This document shows positions 53,522-64,000 of a DNA stretch of 64,000 nucleotides, one piece after another. The notes under the pieces are model-generated. The model worked only from the letters and a program-made list of their open reading frames with translations, searched no databases and was not told the origin of the DNA. A program made the translations under genes and the position numbers. Each line of letters begins with the position of its first letter. Position 1 is the stretch's first letter. Source of the DNA: the human T2T-CHM13v2.0 reference genome, Homo sapiens. Location: assembly GCF_009914755.1 (NCBI RefSeq), contig NC_060926.1, one strand, 5' to 3'.

Positions 53522-54748
53522 AAGTTTTTGGGTTTTATGCTCATTAAAGAGCCTTTGGTAAGCACTCTTTTGCATGCAAACCATATATGATCTATTGTAA
53601 TAATAACAGTAAGGGTCTATCCAGGTAGGTCCTGTGTAGCTGAGAACCACTGGTTGTAACCAACCAAAGCCTGCAGAAGCTGGTGTTAGGAAAGGGGATG
53701 TTGTGTTGGAGTGTCTCATGCAGAAGGAAGGCGGAGTGGGCTGGCTGCTGCCTGCGTCTCTGTTGGATCTGCCCCTTGCAGGTTAACGCAGGAGGCCTCC
53801 AAGTGGCAGCCCAGGCCCTGGGGCTCCGGGGATGAAGCTGTGGCATTGTGTTCAGATGCCTGAGAGAGAACATTGATTGGCCTGGCTCAGAGATCAGATG
53901 GCCACCCCGGTGTGACTAATTTCAGCCAGAAAAGGGCAGGGTCACATGGTACAAATATGTCTTTATATGTATAAAGCAGATCTAAAGTTTTACACTTCTA
54001 GTCCCCACCCACCCCACCAACAGACACATGCAAACACATATTAGTAACCCGGACATTTAGGGGCCAGTCCCACCATGCCGTCTCCCTGGGAAGTGCACCC
54101 CCATCCATAGCATGGCATGGCCCCGTGCCGCCTCTGAGAGCGCTGTTAGCCACTCATTGTCCCCATCCTTGAAAGCAGCCAAGTGCAACTTCTCAGAATT
54201 CACGAAGCTAAGACTTGACCTCTCAGGCTAGAGGACATCTGCAACTTGAACTTCAGAGCCCCATGGGCAGAGGCTCTAGGAAATGGGGTCCCAGCGAGTC
54301 TCTTATCACTACCAGCATTCTCCCCGAGAGGAATGCATCCTCTTCCAACTGGTGGGTGTGACCACGAGTTGAAGCGGAGGCCTGGCTCTGAGAATGTGCA
54401 GGCTGGGATTGCACGATGAAAAGGAGGCATCCAGTTTTCAAATGTGCAGAAGGGCTCCCTGAATCGTTGACTCATCTTCCTGGCACGGAGGTTTGCACTT
54501 TGCCTGGTCCTCACAAAAGAGAAACCAAACAAGGCAAATAGTTGTAGCCAGGGGGCTTGAAAATGGCTAGCTGGAATGTGACACCATTCTGAAATGGCCC
54601 CTCAAGTCAGAACTCAGCCCTGAACTCTGCGTGCGTCCCCTGTGTGGCCTTGACCAAGCTGGGGTGCCCTGAGGCCTGTGCTGCCTCTATGCCCAGCTGC
54701 TGTCTTGTTGGACAGTGGGCCCAGCCCTATCCACATCACTCCTGAGGT

Positions 54749-54790
54749 CCCAGTGCTGGGATTATAGGTGTGAGCCACCATGCCCAGCCC
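54749..54790 (-). mobile_element. Short Alu 5' fragment (antisense)
   Basis: agtgctgggattataggtgtgagccaccatgcccagcc. Confidence 0.85.
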
Positions 54791-54845
54791 ATGATGGGCT
54801 GACCAAGAGTGAGAGGACACAGGTCAGGTTCCAGAGTCTGCCTGG

Positions 54846-54930
54846 CTCACACTAACACTGTCAACTCCCCAGCCTTGGTTCCCTCGGACAGTGACCAGGC
54901 TGGCGTTCCTTCCTACTACTCCTGAACAAC
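54846..54930 (+). repeat. Direct duplication B, copy 2
   Basis: Offset about 1413 bp from copy 1. Confidence 0.9.
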
Positions 54931-54950
54931 GGGTTGATGGTCACACCTAG

Positions 54951-55450
54951 TATGGCAGCTGAGGGGTGCCCCCCAAAACACAGGTCCATATCCTAATCCC
55001 CAAACCTGTGGGTATTCCCTCATTTGGAAAAGCAGTCTTTGCAGATGTCATTAAGTTAGGTCTCTTAAGCTGAAGAGATCATCCCAGATTATCCACACAG
55101 GCCCTAAATCCAATAACAGGTGTCCTTACAAGAGACACACTGAGAAGGCAGACACATTCATGCCCGCCCAGAGACACACACAGAGTCACAGAGGAGAAGG
55201 CGATGTGAAGTCAGAGGCACAGATGGGAGTAATATGGCCACAAGCAGGAAGCTGGCAGCCAACAGAAACTGGAAGAGGCGGGAAACCATCTTCCCCTTGA
55301 GCCTCTGGAGGGAGTGCGGCCCTGCCAGCACCTTAATTTCAGATTTCTGGCCTCCAGAACTGTGAGAGAATAAAGTTCTGTTGTTTTAACAACAGTTAAC
55401 ACAAAGTTTATGCTGATCTGTTACAGCATTTGCCCTGGGAAACTAATACA
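54951..55450 (+). mobile_element. MLT1 solo LTR
   Basis: gtccatatcctaatcccc...gtctttgcagatgtcattaagttagg...ctccagaactgtgagagaataaa...tgttacagca...gaaactaataca. Confidence 0.88.
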
Positions 55451-55630
55451 CATGGTAACAGGGCTTCCAGTGAAGAGGTGGAAGGAACCTGGCTGCTCTC
55501 CCAGGGCCAGGGCCAGAGGGCCAGTAAAGACGTCTACGGGAGGAAGGAACAGAGCACCCTCCTGGAGATGCTCAGGAAGCAGAGACGCTGTATTCCACTG
55601 ATTGCAGTGTAGCCCATGAAGAGCTGGGTG

Positions 55631-55783
55631 GGCTGGGCACAGTGGCTCATGCCTGTAATTGGATTTTCGGAGGCCAGGTGGGAGGATCGCTTGAGCCCAG
55701 GACTTCAAGCCTGCAGTGAGCTAGGATCGCACCACTGCACTTCAGCCTGGGCAACAGAGTGAGATCCTGTCTCTAAAAAAAAA
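55631..55783 (+). mobile_element. FRAM/AluJ-type Alu monomer
   Basis: ggctgggcacagtggctcatgcctgtaat...gggaggatcgcttgagcccagg...gagatcctgtctctaaaaaaaa. Confidence 0.85.
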
Positions 55784-57075
55784 TTTTAAAAAGGAGCTGG
55801 GGGTGGTGAGACAGAGCTGCCCCTGGAGGAGAGGCCTTCGACGGATGGAGTGCCATGCTATGCATGAGTTCAAGATAAACACTGAGGTAGCTCCTGGAAC
55901 ACCCACGTACCCGCTTACAGCCCCACGACATAGCAGGGACCTGGCTAATTTGCATGGCCCTGACTCCCACAGGAAGTAGACCAGATACGCCAAGGCCTCA
56001 TCAGCCCTTGGGCTACTAAGTGACCAAGGATGGCAGATTAGGCTCAAGAGCAGCTGGCAGGAGGTCTGAATTCGAGTCCTGTGTGCCCTGCTCGGTATCA
56101 GCCCCAGAGCCTGCCATGTGAGGTTAGGAAGCTCATCAGCGATCCGAGGCAGTGTTGGCCAGACCATGTGTGACTGGGGACAAATGGGATCTCCACGGAA
56201 GGTTTTAAGGGAAGGTGGGTAGGCAGGAAGGAGTAGGGGAGGGAACTTGAGGCATGGACAGGGGAGGCAGAGGCTGTGGGCGATCAGCCTGGCTGGAGGC
56301 CCGGACTCTTGGGAGATGCAGCAGGAGATGGCAAGAAGGAGGCAGAGGAGGACGGCAGCTTCCATGGCCTGGTCTCCTCTCTCTGCCAAGTGCATAAGAG
56401 AGCTCTTTTGGAATTTGTCGAGACTGCTAACAGAGAGGCCGTAGTGCACAGTGGCTAGGAGCTTGCTTCCTAGATTCAGACTGCCCTCTTTGCACACCTG
56501 TGGACTCTTGATGGGGGTGCTAGGTTTCCAAGCTCCCATTTGTTTCCTGACACCACCCTGCTGAGGGCCAGCCTCCCTCAGATGCTCTGAATTTCATCCT
56601 CGCTGCCTCTTTCCTAAGACCTGGGCAGGGCTGACCTCAGGGTTGAAGCAGACAGCCCCGAGGCTCTGCGCTGCAGGGATAAGGATGTGTGCAGGCCAGG
56701 AGCTTTACCTGGCCAGGCCTGGCGCCCTGGCAGCGATCTCACCCTGAATGTTCAGGCACAGACTAACCTGGCCCAGCCGCGTGCCGCCGAAGTGCCTCTG
56801 TTTGCACCTTCTTTTAACTTTGAAGACTCTGCTGGACTATGGATCCTGTTGGCCTGGGGCTCCGGGATTCTGAGGGGCATGGAGGCAGAGTAGGGAGAGA
56901 TTGTTTATGAGTCTAATGAAGTGGTGGAGTACAGAGGTCGGGGTCTGGCCTCCTTCAGCAGCAACACCGCAGCTCGTGCTGGCCAAGCCCAGGCCCAGCA
57001 CAGTGCAAACAGTGGGGCAGTGGGGGAAAATGCCGAGGAGAGAAACCCCGACACCAGGTGTGCATTTCTCTCTGC

Positions 57076-57103
57076 TTTTTTTTTTTTTTTTTTTTTTTTT
57101 TTT
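57076..57103. repeat. Poly-T tract (T28)
   Basis: 28 consecutive T followed by GGCAG. Confidence 0.95.
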
Positions 57104-57166
57104 GGCAGGAGAAGGCACAGCCAGTGCCAGGTTCTGACGGCTTCTTTCTCTCCCCTCTGCCCACAG

Positions 57167-57352
57167 TGGCCCAGGAGCACCTTAAGGAGAGGGGACTGTT
57201 TGGCCTTCCTGCTCCAGGCACCACCCCCTCAGACTATTACCACCAGATGACCCTCGTGGCAGGCCACCCCGCGCCCTACGGGGACCTGCTGATGCAGAGC
57301 GGGGGCGCTGCCAGCGCACCCCATCTCCACGACTACCTCAACCCCGTGGACG
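57167..57352 (+). CDS. GLI2: GLI2 coding exon, 186 nt (exon 5)
   Basis: Branch-point-like ctgac at 57134-57138, acceptor cttctttctctcccctctgcccacag|, donor GACG|gtgagt. Translates (V)AQEHLKERGLFGLPAPGTTPSDYYHQMTLVAGHPAPYGDLLMQSGGAASAPHLHDYLNPVD, which is embedded in ORF 57058..57528. Confidence 0.97.
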
Positions 57353-57509
57353 GTGAGTGCTGGCCCCGAGGGGCTAAGGATGGGGCCAGCAGATCTCCTC
57401 TTGAGGCTGAGAAGGTCACTCGCTGTTTCTTTTGGGGACAAGGACCCTTAAGGAGAGGTCGGGCTGTACCCCAATGCCTTCCAGGATGGCTGTCCACAGG
57501 CACTGAATC

Positions 57510-58310
57510 TTTGGACAACACTTACTGAGTCACCACAGGCCAGGAGGCATTGTAAGCATCGCAGACACCACAGCAAACAAAGCTGGAACTTACAGTGCAA
57601 TGGGGAGAAACAGATGCCAAGTAGCTCTAGGAATTACGTATGAAAGTAGCCAATTATAAATGGACCAGGGAAACAAAGCAGGGGCGGGGGGAGCGAGCAC
57701 TGGGTGAGTGGGGTGCAGTTTGGAATGGGGAAGTCAGAGGAAGCCTCACTGGGAAGTTGAAATCTGGGGGGCGAGTGCTCCAGGCAGAGGAAACTGCAGT
57801 GCAAAGGGCCTGAGGCAGCAGTGGGCCTGCCAAGCTCAAGAAATAGCCAGGAGCCAGTGCTGGCAGTGAGGGGTGGGAGTGGGGGTGAGGCCAGAGTTTC
57901 CAGGTGGGGTCTTGCCAGCCAGTGCACCTCAGAAGAGACTGGCTTTCACTGGAGATGAGGCTGGGCAGAGGAGAAAAGAGAGCTGACTGACTCACAGAAG
58001 GAATCTCCTTCCGTGCTGATGTGAGAATTGATTTGGGGGCAAGACGGAGGCAGGAGGTCCAGTTGGTAGAGGTGGGGAGAAGGGGCCAGGTCTTGGGAAG
58101 ACCTTGAAGGTAGAACCACAGGATGTGCTCCCAGCTGGAATATAGAGTTGAAAGAAAGAAGGGAGTTGAAGTTGACCTCAGGGTCTCGGGCCTGAGCATT
58201 TGAAGGATGGAGTAGTAACTGAGCTGGGAGGCTATAGGTGGGGCCCTCATGGAAGGGAGGGAAGTCAGGTATCCTGGGTAGATGAAGCTTTTGGTGCCTG
58301 TTAGACACGA
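57510..58310 (-). mobile_element. L2 LINE fragment
   Basis: caacacttactgag...ccaggcagaggaaactgcagtgcaaagggcctgaggcag...ggcctgagcatttgaaggatggagt. Confidence 0.8.
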
Positions 58311-61300
58311 AGTCCTTCCCACCCTCCAAATGCCATCCTCACAGCTGCTTTCACAGGGACACCTGTGACCCTCTGACCATGAGCCTGCGGTCAGCAAGGA
58401 GCCCGTCTCAAGGAATAGTGGAGGGAGTGGAAGGCTCAGCACCCCCTCCCATCCCCCAGTCAGCGCCACTCCGCCTGCAGGTCCTGGAGCCCTGGCCAGC
58501 GGCACACAGGGAGGCAGGGCAGCCAGTAAAGCTGGAAGCCACCACAGGGAACAGGCAGGCACCTCCTGCAGAGCCAGCCTCCCGGAGCCCTGCCTGGGGT
58601 GGCGTTTTCACTCCCTGATAGCCCACGGCAGGGAGACAGGAGCCTGCAGGGAGACCGTCCTGCAGGGGCAGCCCTGGTGCCTGCAGGGCCGTGCAGCCTG
58701 TAGCAGGTTGGGGTGGGCTGGTGGGAAATCATGTGGGACCAGGCGGGGCCATGAGACTCAGGGTGGGCTGCTGCCTTGCTCACCCCGACCCGCCCCCAGG
58801 GCTCTGTTCCAGGGGAGCCCTTCACTTCCCTAAGGCCTGGCTGACATCTCGCCTCCTCCAGGAAGTCTCTCTGGAAGCCTCCTCCTTCCCTTTCCCCTGC
58901 CCCCCTCAGTCACTGGGACAGCTCCCTCCTCTGGCTGCTCCTTCACTCTTTGCCTGGCCCACCTCATACTTACAGCAACCACCTCACATTGCTCCTCAGC
59001 TATCTTGAACATCTCCTGCTTCCCAGGAAAAGTTTTGCTGAGAAGAGGGCGGCCGACCTCCGAGGCTGGCCCCTCATGGATATGGTCCTCGCCAGGCCCT
59101 GGTGGGAGGCCATAACATGCCTCAGTGATGCCACCAGAATTTGGTCCCTGTGTCTGTCCCGTTCTTCCTTGCCTTTCCCAGCATGGTGTTTAGTCCAGAA
59201 TTAAGCACACCATCCAGATGTTCAACAACACCTGTCAGCTCTGTAGGACATTGACGTCCCTCTGAGTACACACACATCCATGTGCTCTGTTCCCCTCTCC
59301 TCTCAGCAGCCCTACACGGTGCTCCCACAAGCCACAGTGAGGTGTCAGAGATACTGAGAGAAAGTTGTGTGCTAGACACGCTCCTTGCCAATATTAGAAA
59401 CCAAACAGCAGCAACCGAGTGCATGAAGGATCATGTGCAAATTGCCACACCCGAATGTCAGCTTCCTGCAAGCAGGACCCTTCTTCCAAGGGCCTGAGGG
59501 TGGCACCAGGCCAATAGGAAAGTGGACGAGGCAGAGAAACCACGGCCAAGAGAGGTGAGATGAGGCAGGTGTCCCCACAGGGCAGGAAAGGCTAAGCCAG
59601 GCAGCCGGGAGTCATCCAGTGATTTTCAGCATGAGCGTCTGTGTGTGCACGTGTGTGTACGTGCACACGTGAGAGACAGTGAATTGGAATGCAGACTGCC
59701 TCTGTTCTGTGCTTTTAAACACATTCTTCCATGTAATTCCCTTAGCCACCTTCTGAGGCTAGAAATATGCTCCTTACTTTAAGATGAGCAAATGGGCTCC
59801 CAGCATCTAGCGGCTTGACCCAGGCCTTGCTCTGTTTGTTACCAGCACCATCTGCCCTTCCCTGGGCTGCAGTTTTCAGCAGCACATGCACCTGACCAAC
59901 CATGAGCCCTGGCCCAAGGGAGGGCCAGCCGGGCCAGGTGGACTTGAGCTCAGCCCAGAGCAGCTGGGCCGGAGCCAGAGGGGAGAAGTAGTACAGCGAG
60001 CTCCAGGGCAGGCCTGGGTCAGGCCTGGCTGCACGGTGTCCTCCCTGTGGTAGCTGGGCTCAGAGGTGGTGACAGGACTGAAGGGGTGTGGAGTGGCAAT
60101 CCCAAGCCCTGCGAGCTGTGTGGATTAAACACATTGACTGAGATGGCACATGTGAGCCTGGCCCAGTGCCTGGCATCTAGCAGGTGCTGGAATAATGCTG
60201 GTGCAGGTCTCTTTCCACCAGTATATCTTTCCCTCTTTAAATCCACTCACTCTTGCAGGATTCTGTATCTTCATTGTAGGCAGCTCTGTCCACCTGCTGC
60301 CTAAGCCCAGGCCCCAGGTTCTCCCAGACCTTTTCCTTGCCATCTCCCATCCATCCCATCCTGTCCCTCAGGCCTCCAAGAGTGGCGTGTCACCCCTCCC
60401 GGGCCAGACAGTGACATATCGCCCTCGTAGCACTGCTCCATGGCTGCTGCTCATCCAGCATCCCCATCTTTATCCTCTCCGCCATCCTGCGCTCAGCCCC
60501 TGCCACTTCTAGCCCCCTCAGGATAAAATCCAGACTTTAGAACCCCCGTCCAGAGGCCTTCCTCTCCAGCTCATCTCTCTCCACTGCACACTGGTCTTGC
60601 CATGCACTGCCCCACATGCAGGTCCCCAGATACCTCCCTGAGCTCATTCCTGCACAGAGTCCTGTGCACGGTGCGCTAGGCCTTCTCCTGAGACCCCACA
60701 AGAATCCAGCCCCAGGCCTTTCAAGCCACCAACTAGCTCCACTGCACTAGCGGGACCCAAGGCGCCCCCAACTGGAACTGGCTGGGACTTCTCCTTACGT
60801 ATGGCCGATGGCCCGCCCTGTCAGGTCTGGGAGCACATCTGGCAAGGAGCAGGTCCTCTGTGTTTGTTGGGTGAGTGAGTGAATGAGTGAATGGCACTTA
60901 GAAAAGACCCTGGAATGGAAAGATGCGCTCCAGCTAAGGAAAGAAGCACTGGAGGAATGTAGCTGTTGGCTCACAGGGGACTGGAAGGGGCTGGGGAGCA
61001 ACTTTGCCTTCCGGGCACTCAGCATTTGGCAGCCCCGGGGGCTGAGCATCTCTGGGAAGCAGCAGAGGAGTGCAGAGGTGAGCTCAGCAGTGGGCGCGAG
61101 AGCTCCCAGCCCTCCAGCAGCTGCTGGTTAACTCATCACACCCCACCCGCTGTGCCTTCTCCACCTCCGCCTTGGGAACACATCTGGCTTCAGGACATGG
61201 AGGTAACGGGGAAGCATCACCAGATTCCAGAGTCCACCTGAGGAGGGATATCAGTTTCTCCAGCTCCAGTATGGGGTGGGGGTGGGAGCATTTTTCTTAT

Positions 61301-62495
61301 CCATGGATTTCAGGAGCAGATGCCTTCTTTCCCTTTGTTCCCAGTCAGTTACAATCCAAGAAAATCAGAGTAGTCCAGGATTATCTCCTATTTTTATTGC
61401 TACTTAATACATTTTTTCCAAAACCAGTTTCAACTAGAACCAGAACCTTCGCTTCACCTTTTAAAAATGCTTTCCGCACTTCCACTTAGCTCCGAGGCCT
61501 GTGTGGACGGTTACTCACGTATGTCTCTAAGAGACGCTGAACACAACACCTGGGCTCTCAGCCAGGCGGCTCGGGCTGGACCTGTCTGTGGGGTGTCCCC
61601 CGGCCCCTCCCCTCCCGTGAACCATGGGAGCTGGGGAGGTGTTTTCGGTGGGTGCCTGCTCCATGGGTCTGTGCCAGTCCCTCCCGGAAAGCTCCAGACC
61701 ACACAGCAGAGAATGTGAATGAGCGTTTCCACTAGGTTTCTTTTTGCTCAAATCCTCACTGAGAAAATTGTGTGGGCCATCCCTGGCGCCAGCAGTGCAG
61801 CTCAGGAGACCTGTGGAAGGGGCCTGGCTCTCTCTGAGGAATGTGTGTTCACACCAGGAAGCCCCCATACACATCATCTTGAGCATGTGAGCTCTGTGCA
61901 GGCGCAGGGGGCCTGGAGAGCTCATGGACAGCCAAGGAGAACAGGCCTTCTCTCTCTGCCTTTCTCTGTCGTTGTGTCTCATGCACACACGCTGGTTGAT
62001 TCGGCAGGTGTTTATTGGGCACCTTCTATTTACCAGGCTCGGTTCTAGGTCTAGGGACGCAACGCATCATGAGCAGCACACAAGCCCTGCCTTCCTGGTG
62101 CCTGAGCTCCAGCGCAGCCCTGTGTGAGTTCCTGGGCGGGACCAAGAATGCCTGTCCCGACCTGACGCCCCTCATACCCCAGCCTCCTTTCTCAGCACCT
62201 TCATTCATGGTCCCAGAGGAGGGAGCACTGTAGGGGAGAGAACTTTCCAGAGGTTTTGAATGTCCAGCCAAGGCATGGAGAGGGCTCTGCCAGGCAAGAG
62301 GGCGAGCAGGGAGAGGTGGGTGGGAACTCCATGTGGGTCCTCATCCTGCAGGGCCTTGTCCCCAGTACACCGGTTTGCAAACCACCAGCCCAGTTTTTAC
62401 CTTAGCTGAGTGCCACCTGCACAATTGTGTATTTAGTAATATTTTTTAACAGACTCACCTTTTGGGGTTAAATAAATGGTTCTTCAAATGGAACT

Positions 62496-62578
62496 TTGTA
62501 TTTTTTCTGAAATGGAAAACCTAATCCCTGTCTGAAGAGGATGTTCCTGTCTCTGTCTCCATCAAACCTAAAGTAACC
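62496..62578 (+). repeat. ~83-bp direct duplication C, copy 1
   Basis: Matches 63750-63833 with 2 substitutions and one 1-nt indel (~96%). Confidence 0.95.
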
Positions 62579-63749
62579 TCATCTGGGCCATGTGTGGCCC
62601 TACATTTGGGAACACACTGCAGTGGTGGAAGAAAGGCCAGAAGCTAGAGAGGCCTCTACGGGGCTCTTGTGGGATTGGAAAGCCAAGCCCTGCGTTCCTC
62701 CCAGGGCACTGAGGCCAGGGTGCCGGCAGGACAGAGGGATTTCCCAGGCTCTGATGAAAACCCACCCTCCCTGGTCTCCCAGTGGTGGGTGAAGGCCCAT
62801 TTCCTCTTGTTTTTAAAGGGGTCCTGATTTACAGCAGGAAGACAGGAGCGCTGCTGTGTGGGAAGGTGATAGAGAACCAGTCAGGGAACCGAGGTCATCA
62901 TTCTGCTGAGCGGCTCCCTGGAGAGCGGAGAATTCACTGGTTGTCACCCGGGCCCTAAAATGGAATTTTCTCATGTTATGCTGTTGAATATTGGTGATTT
63001 AACGACAGAACAGCCACCCCCTCCCCCTCCACCACATTGAGAAGATTGAGATGTTTCCGACTGAAATGTTGTCTGTTTACTGCTCATACTGCCTCCAAGC
63101 CATGCATTTTATTGTCATATTGACACTAATTTGGCTCGGATGTCACCTCCATTCTGACGCCTGTTCTTTATGCTGCCTGTGGATCCGGGGGGTTTTCAGA
63201 AACCAATTACATTGATCAAACCCAGAGAGGCAGGAAGAGCTGGTAGAGGGGCTGCCAGAGGCCCAAGTCAGGCAGGGATCCCTTTCCGAGACAGGAAGGG
63301 GAACCGAGGCAAAGGAAGCCACACTGCAGGTCCCTGCGTGAGATGGTGGAGCTGCTGTGTACAGGCACGGGCTAAGCGGTGTCTATGGGCCATCTGGTAA
63401 AGCCACACAGACTGTCCCGCCACACCAGCTTCACAAAGCCGCTTCACAGGAGCCTGCAGCACAGCCTGTTTCTCTGTGTTCATCACTTAGCTAGGCCGTG
63501 GTCCTGGCAACTCTGAACCTCGCTGCTCCACGGCCCAGGCACTTGCTACTCCCCCATCAGAGGGGTGAGAGGGCTGTGGATGGCTAGGTGTGGGGGGCAT
63601 TAAGGTCCTCAGGCCAGATTTCCTTAGAGCATCTCCTCGGCAAGCCAGAAAATATCTGGGTGAGGGAGTTGGGCTATGCAGGGAACACATCTTAGCCAGT
63701 GAGGATTCAGGGTACCCGAGCCCCACCACCAGGCTGCGTCCTGCTGGCC

Positions 63750-63833
63750 TTGTATTTTTTCCTGAAATGGAAAACCTAATCCCTGTCTGAGGAGGATGTT
63801 CCTGTCTCTGTCTCCATCAAACCTAAAATAACC
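63750..63833 (+). repeat. Direct duplication C, copy 2
   Basis: Offset about 1254 bp from copy 1. Confidence 0.95.
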
Positions 63834-64000
63834 CAGCCCCGGGCTGAGGATGGCATCTGGCACAGAGAAGGCTCCTGGGACCCAGTGCCAGGATGATGCT
63901 CTTTCCTCCTGCCCCTCAGCCCAGGCTCCTGGGCACACAGGCCGTGGGGGGATCCCCAGCCCCGATTCCATGCAAGTCCACCCACAGGTATAGATGATAT

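Noticed and set aside
55742-56539. 265-aa minus-strand ORF
   Set aside because: No recognisable homology, ends in an Alu monomer, and is plausible by chance in GC-rich DNA.
57058-57528. 156-aa ORF as a standalone gene
   Set aside because: Only 57167-57352 is exon; the flanks are intronic poly-T and read-through past the donor.
57654-58562. 302-aa minus-strand ORF with a signal-peptide-like start
   Set aside because: Largely overlaps a decayed L2 element, has no recognisable domain and is antisense within an intron.

Overview
This is primate, almost certainly human, genomic DNA lying inside the Hedgehog-pathway transcription factor gene GLI2 on the + strand. About 99% of the window is intron. 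Three phase-compatible GT-AG coding exons (29278-29383, 53166-53368, 57167-57352; 106, 203 and 186 nt) splice into [26 protein letters not shown]...HDYLNPVD, which I recognise as the N-terminal repressor region of GLI2 (about residues 50-215). The start-codon exon and the zinc-finger exons are outside the window. The introns hold Alu, MIR, L2, L1M, MLT1 and hAT (MER5/MER33/MER63) repeats plus simple repeats. Apart from two ORFs that overlap exons, the ORF track is noise from GC-rich intron, and there is no prokaryotic system, CRISPR array or structural RNA gene. Best leads: (1) three unrelated 80-180 bp direct duplications, each spaced 1.25-1.41 kb; (2) a T28-GGCAG decoy acceptor upstream of the third exon that would add an immediate stop; (3) exon phases that make skipping or back-splicing remove the repressor domain; (4) a CpG-rich TCF/LEF+SMAD cluster resembling an internal promoter; (5) an inverted Alu fusion; (6) several motif-dense enhancer candidates. 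Repeat subfamilies and motifs were called by eye and repeat boundaries are approximate.
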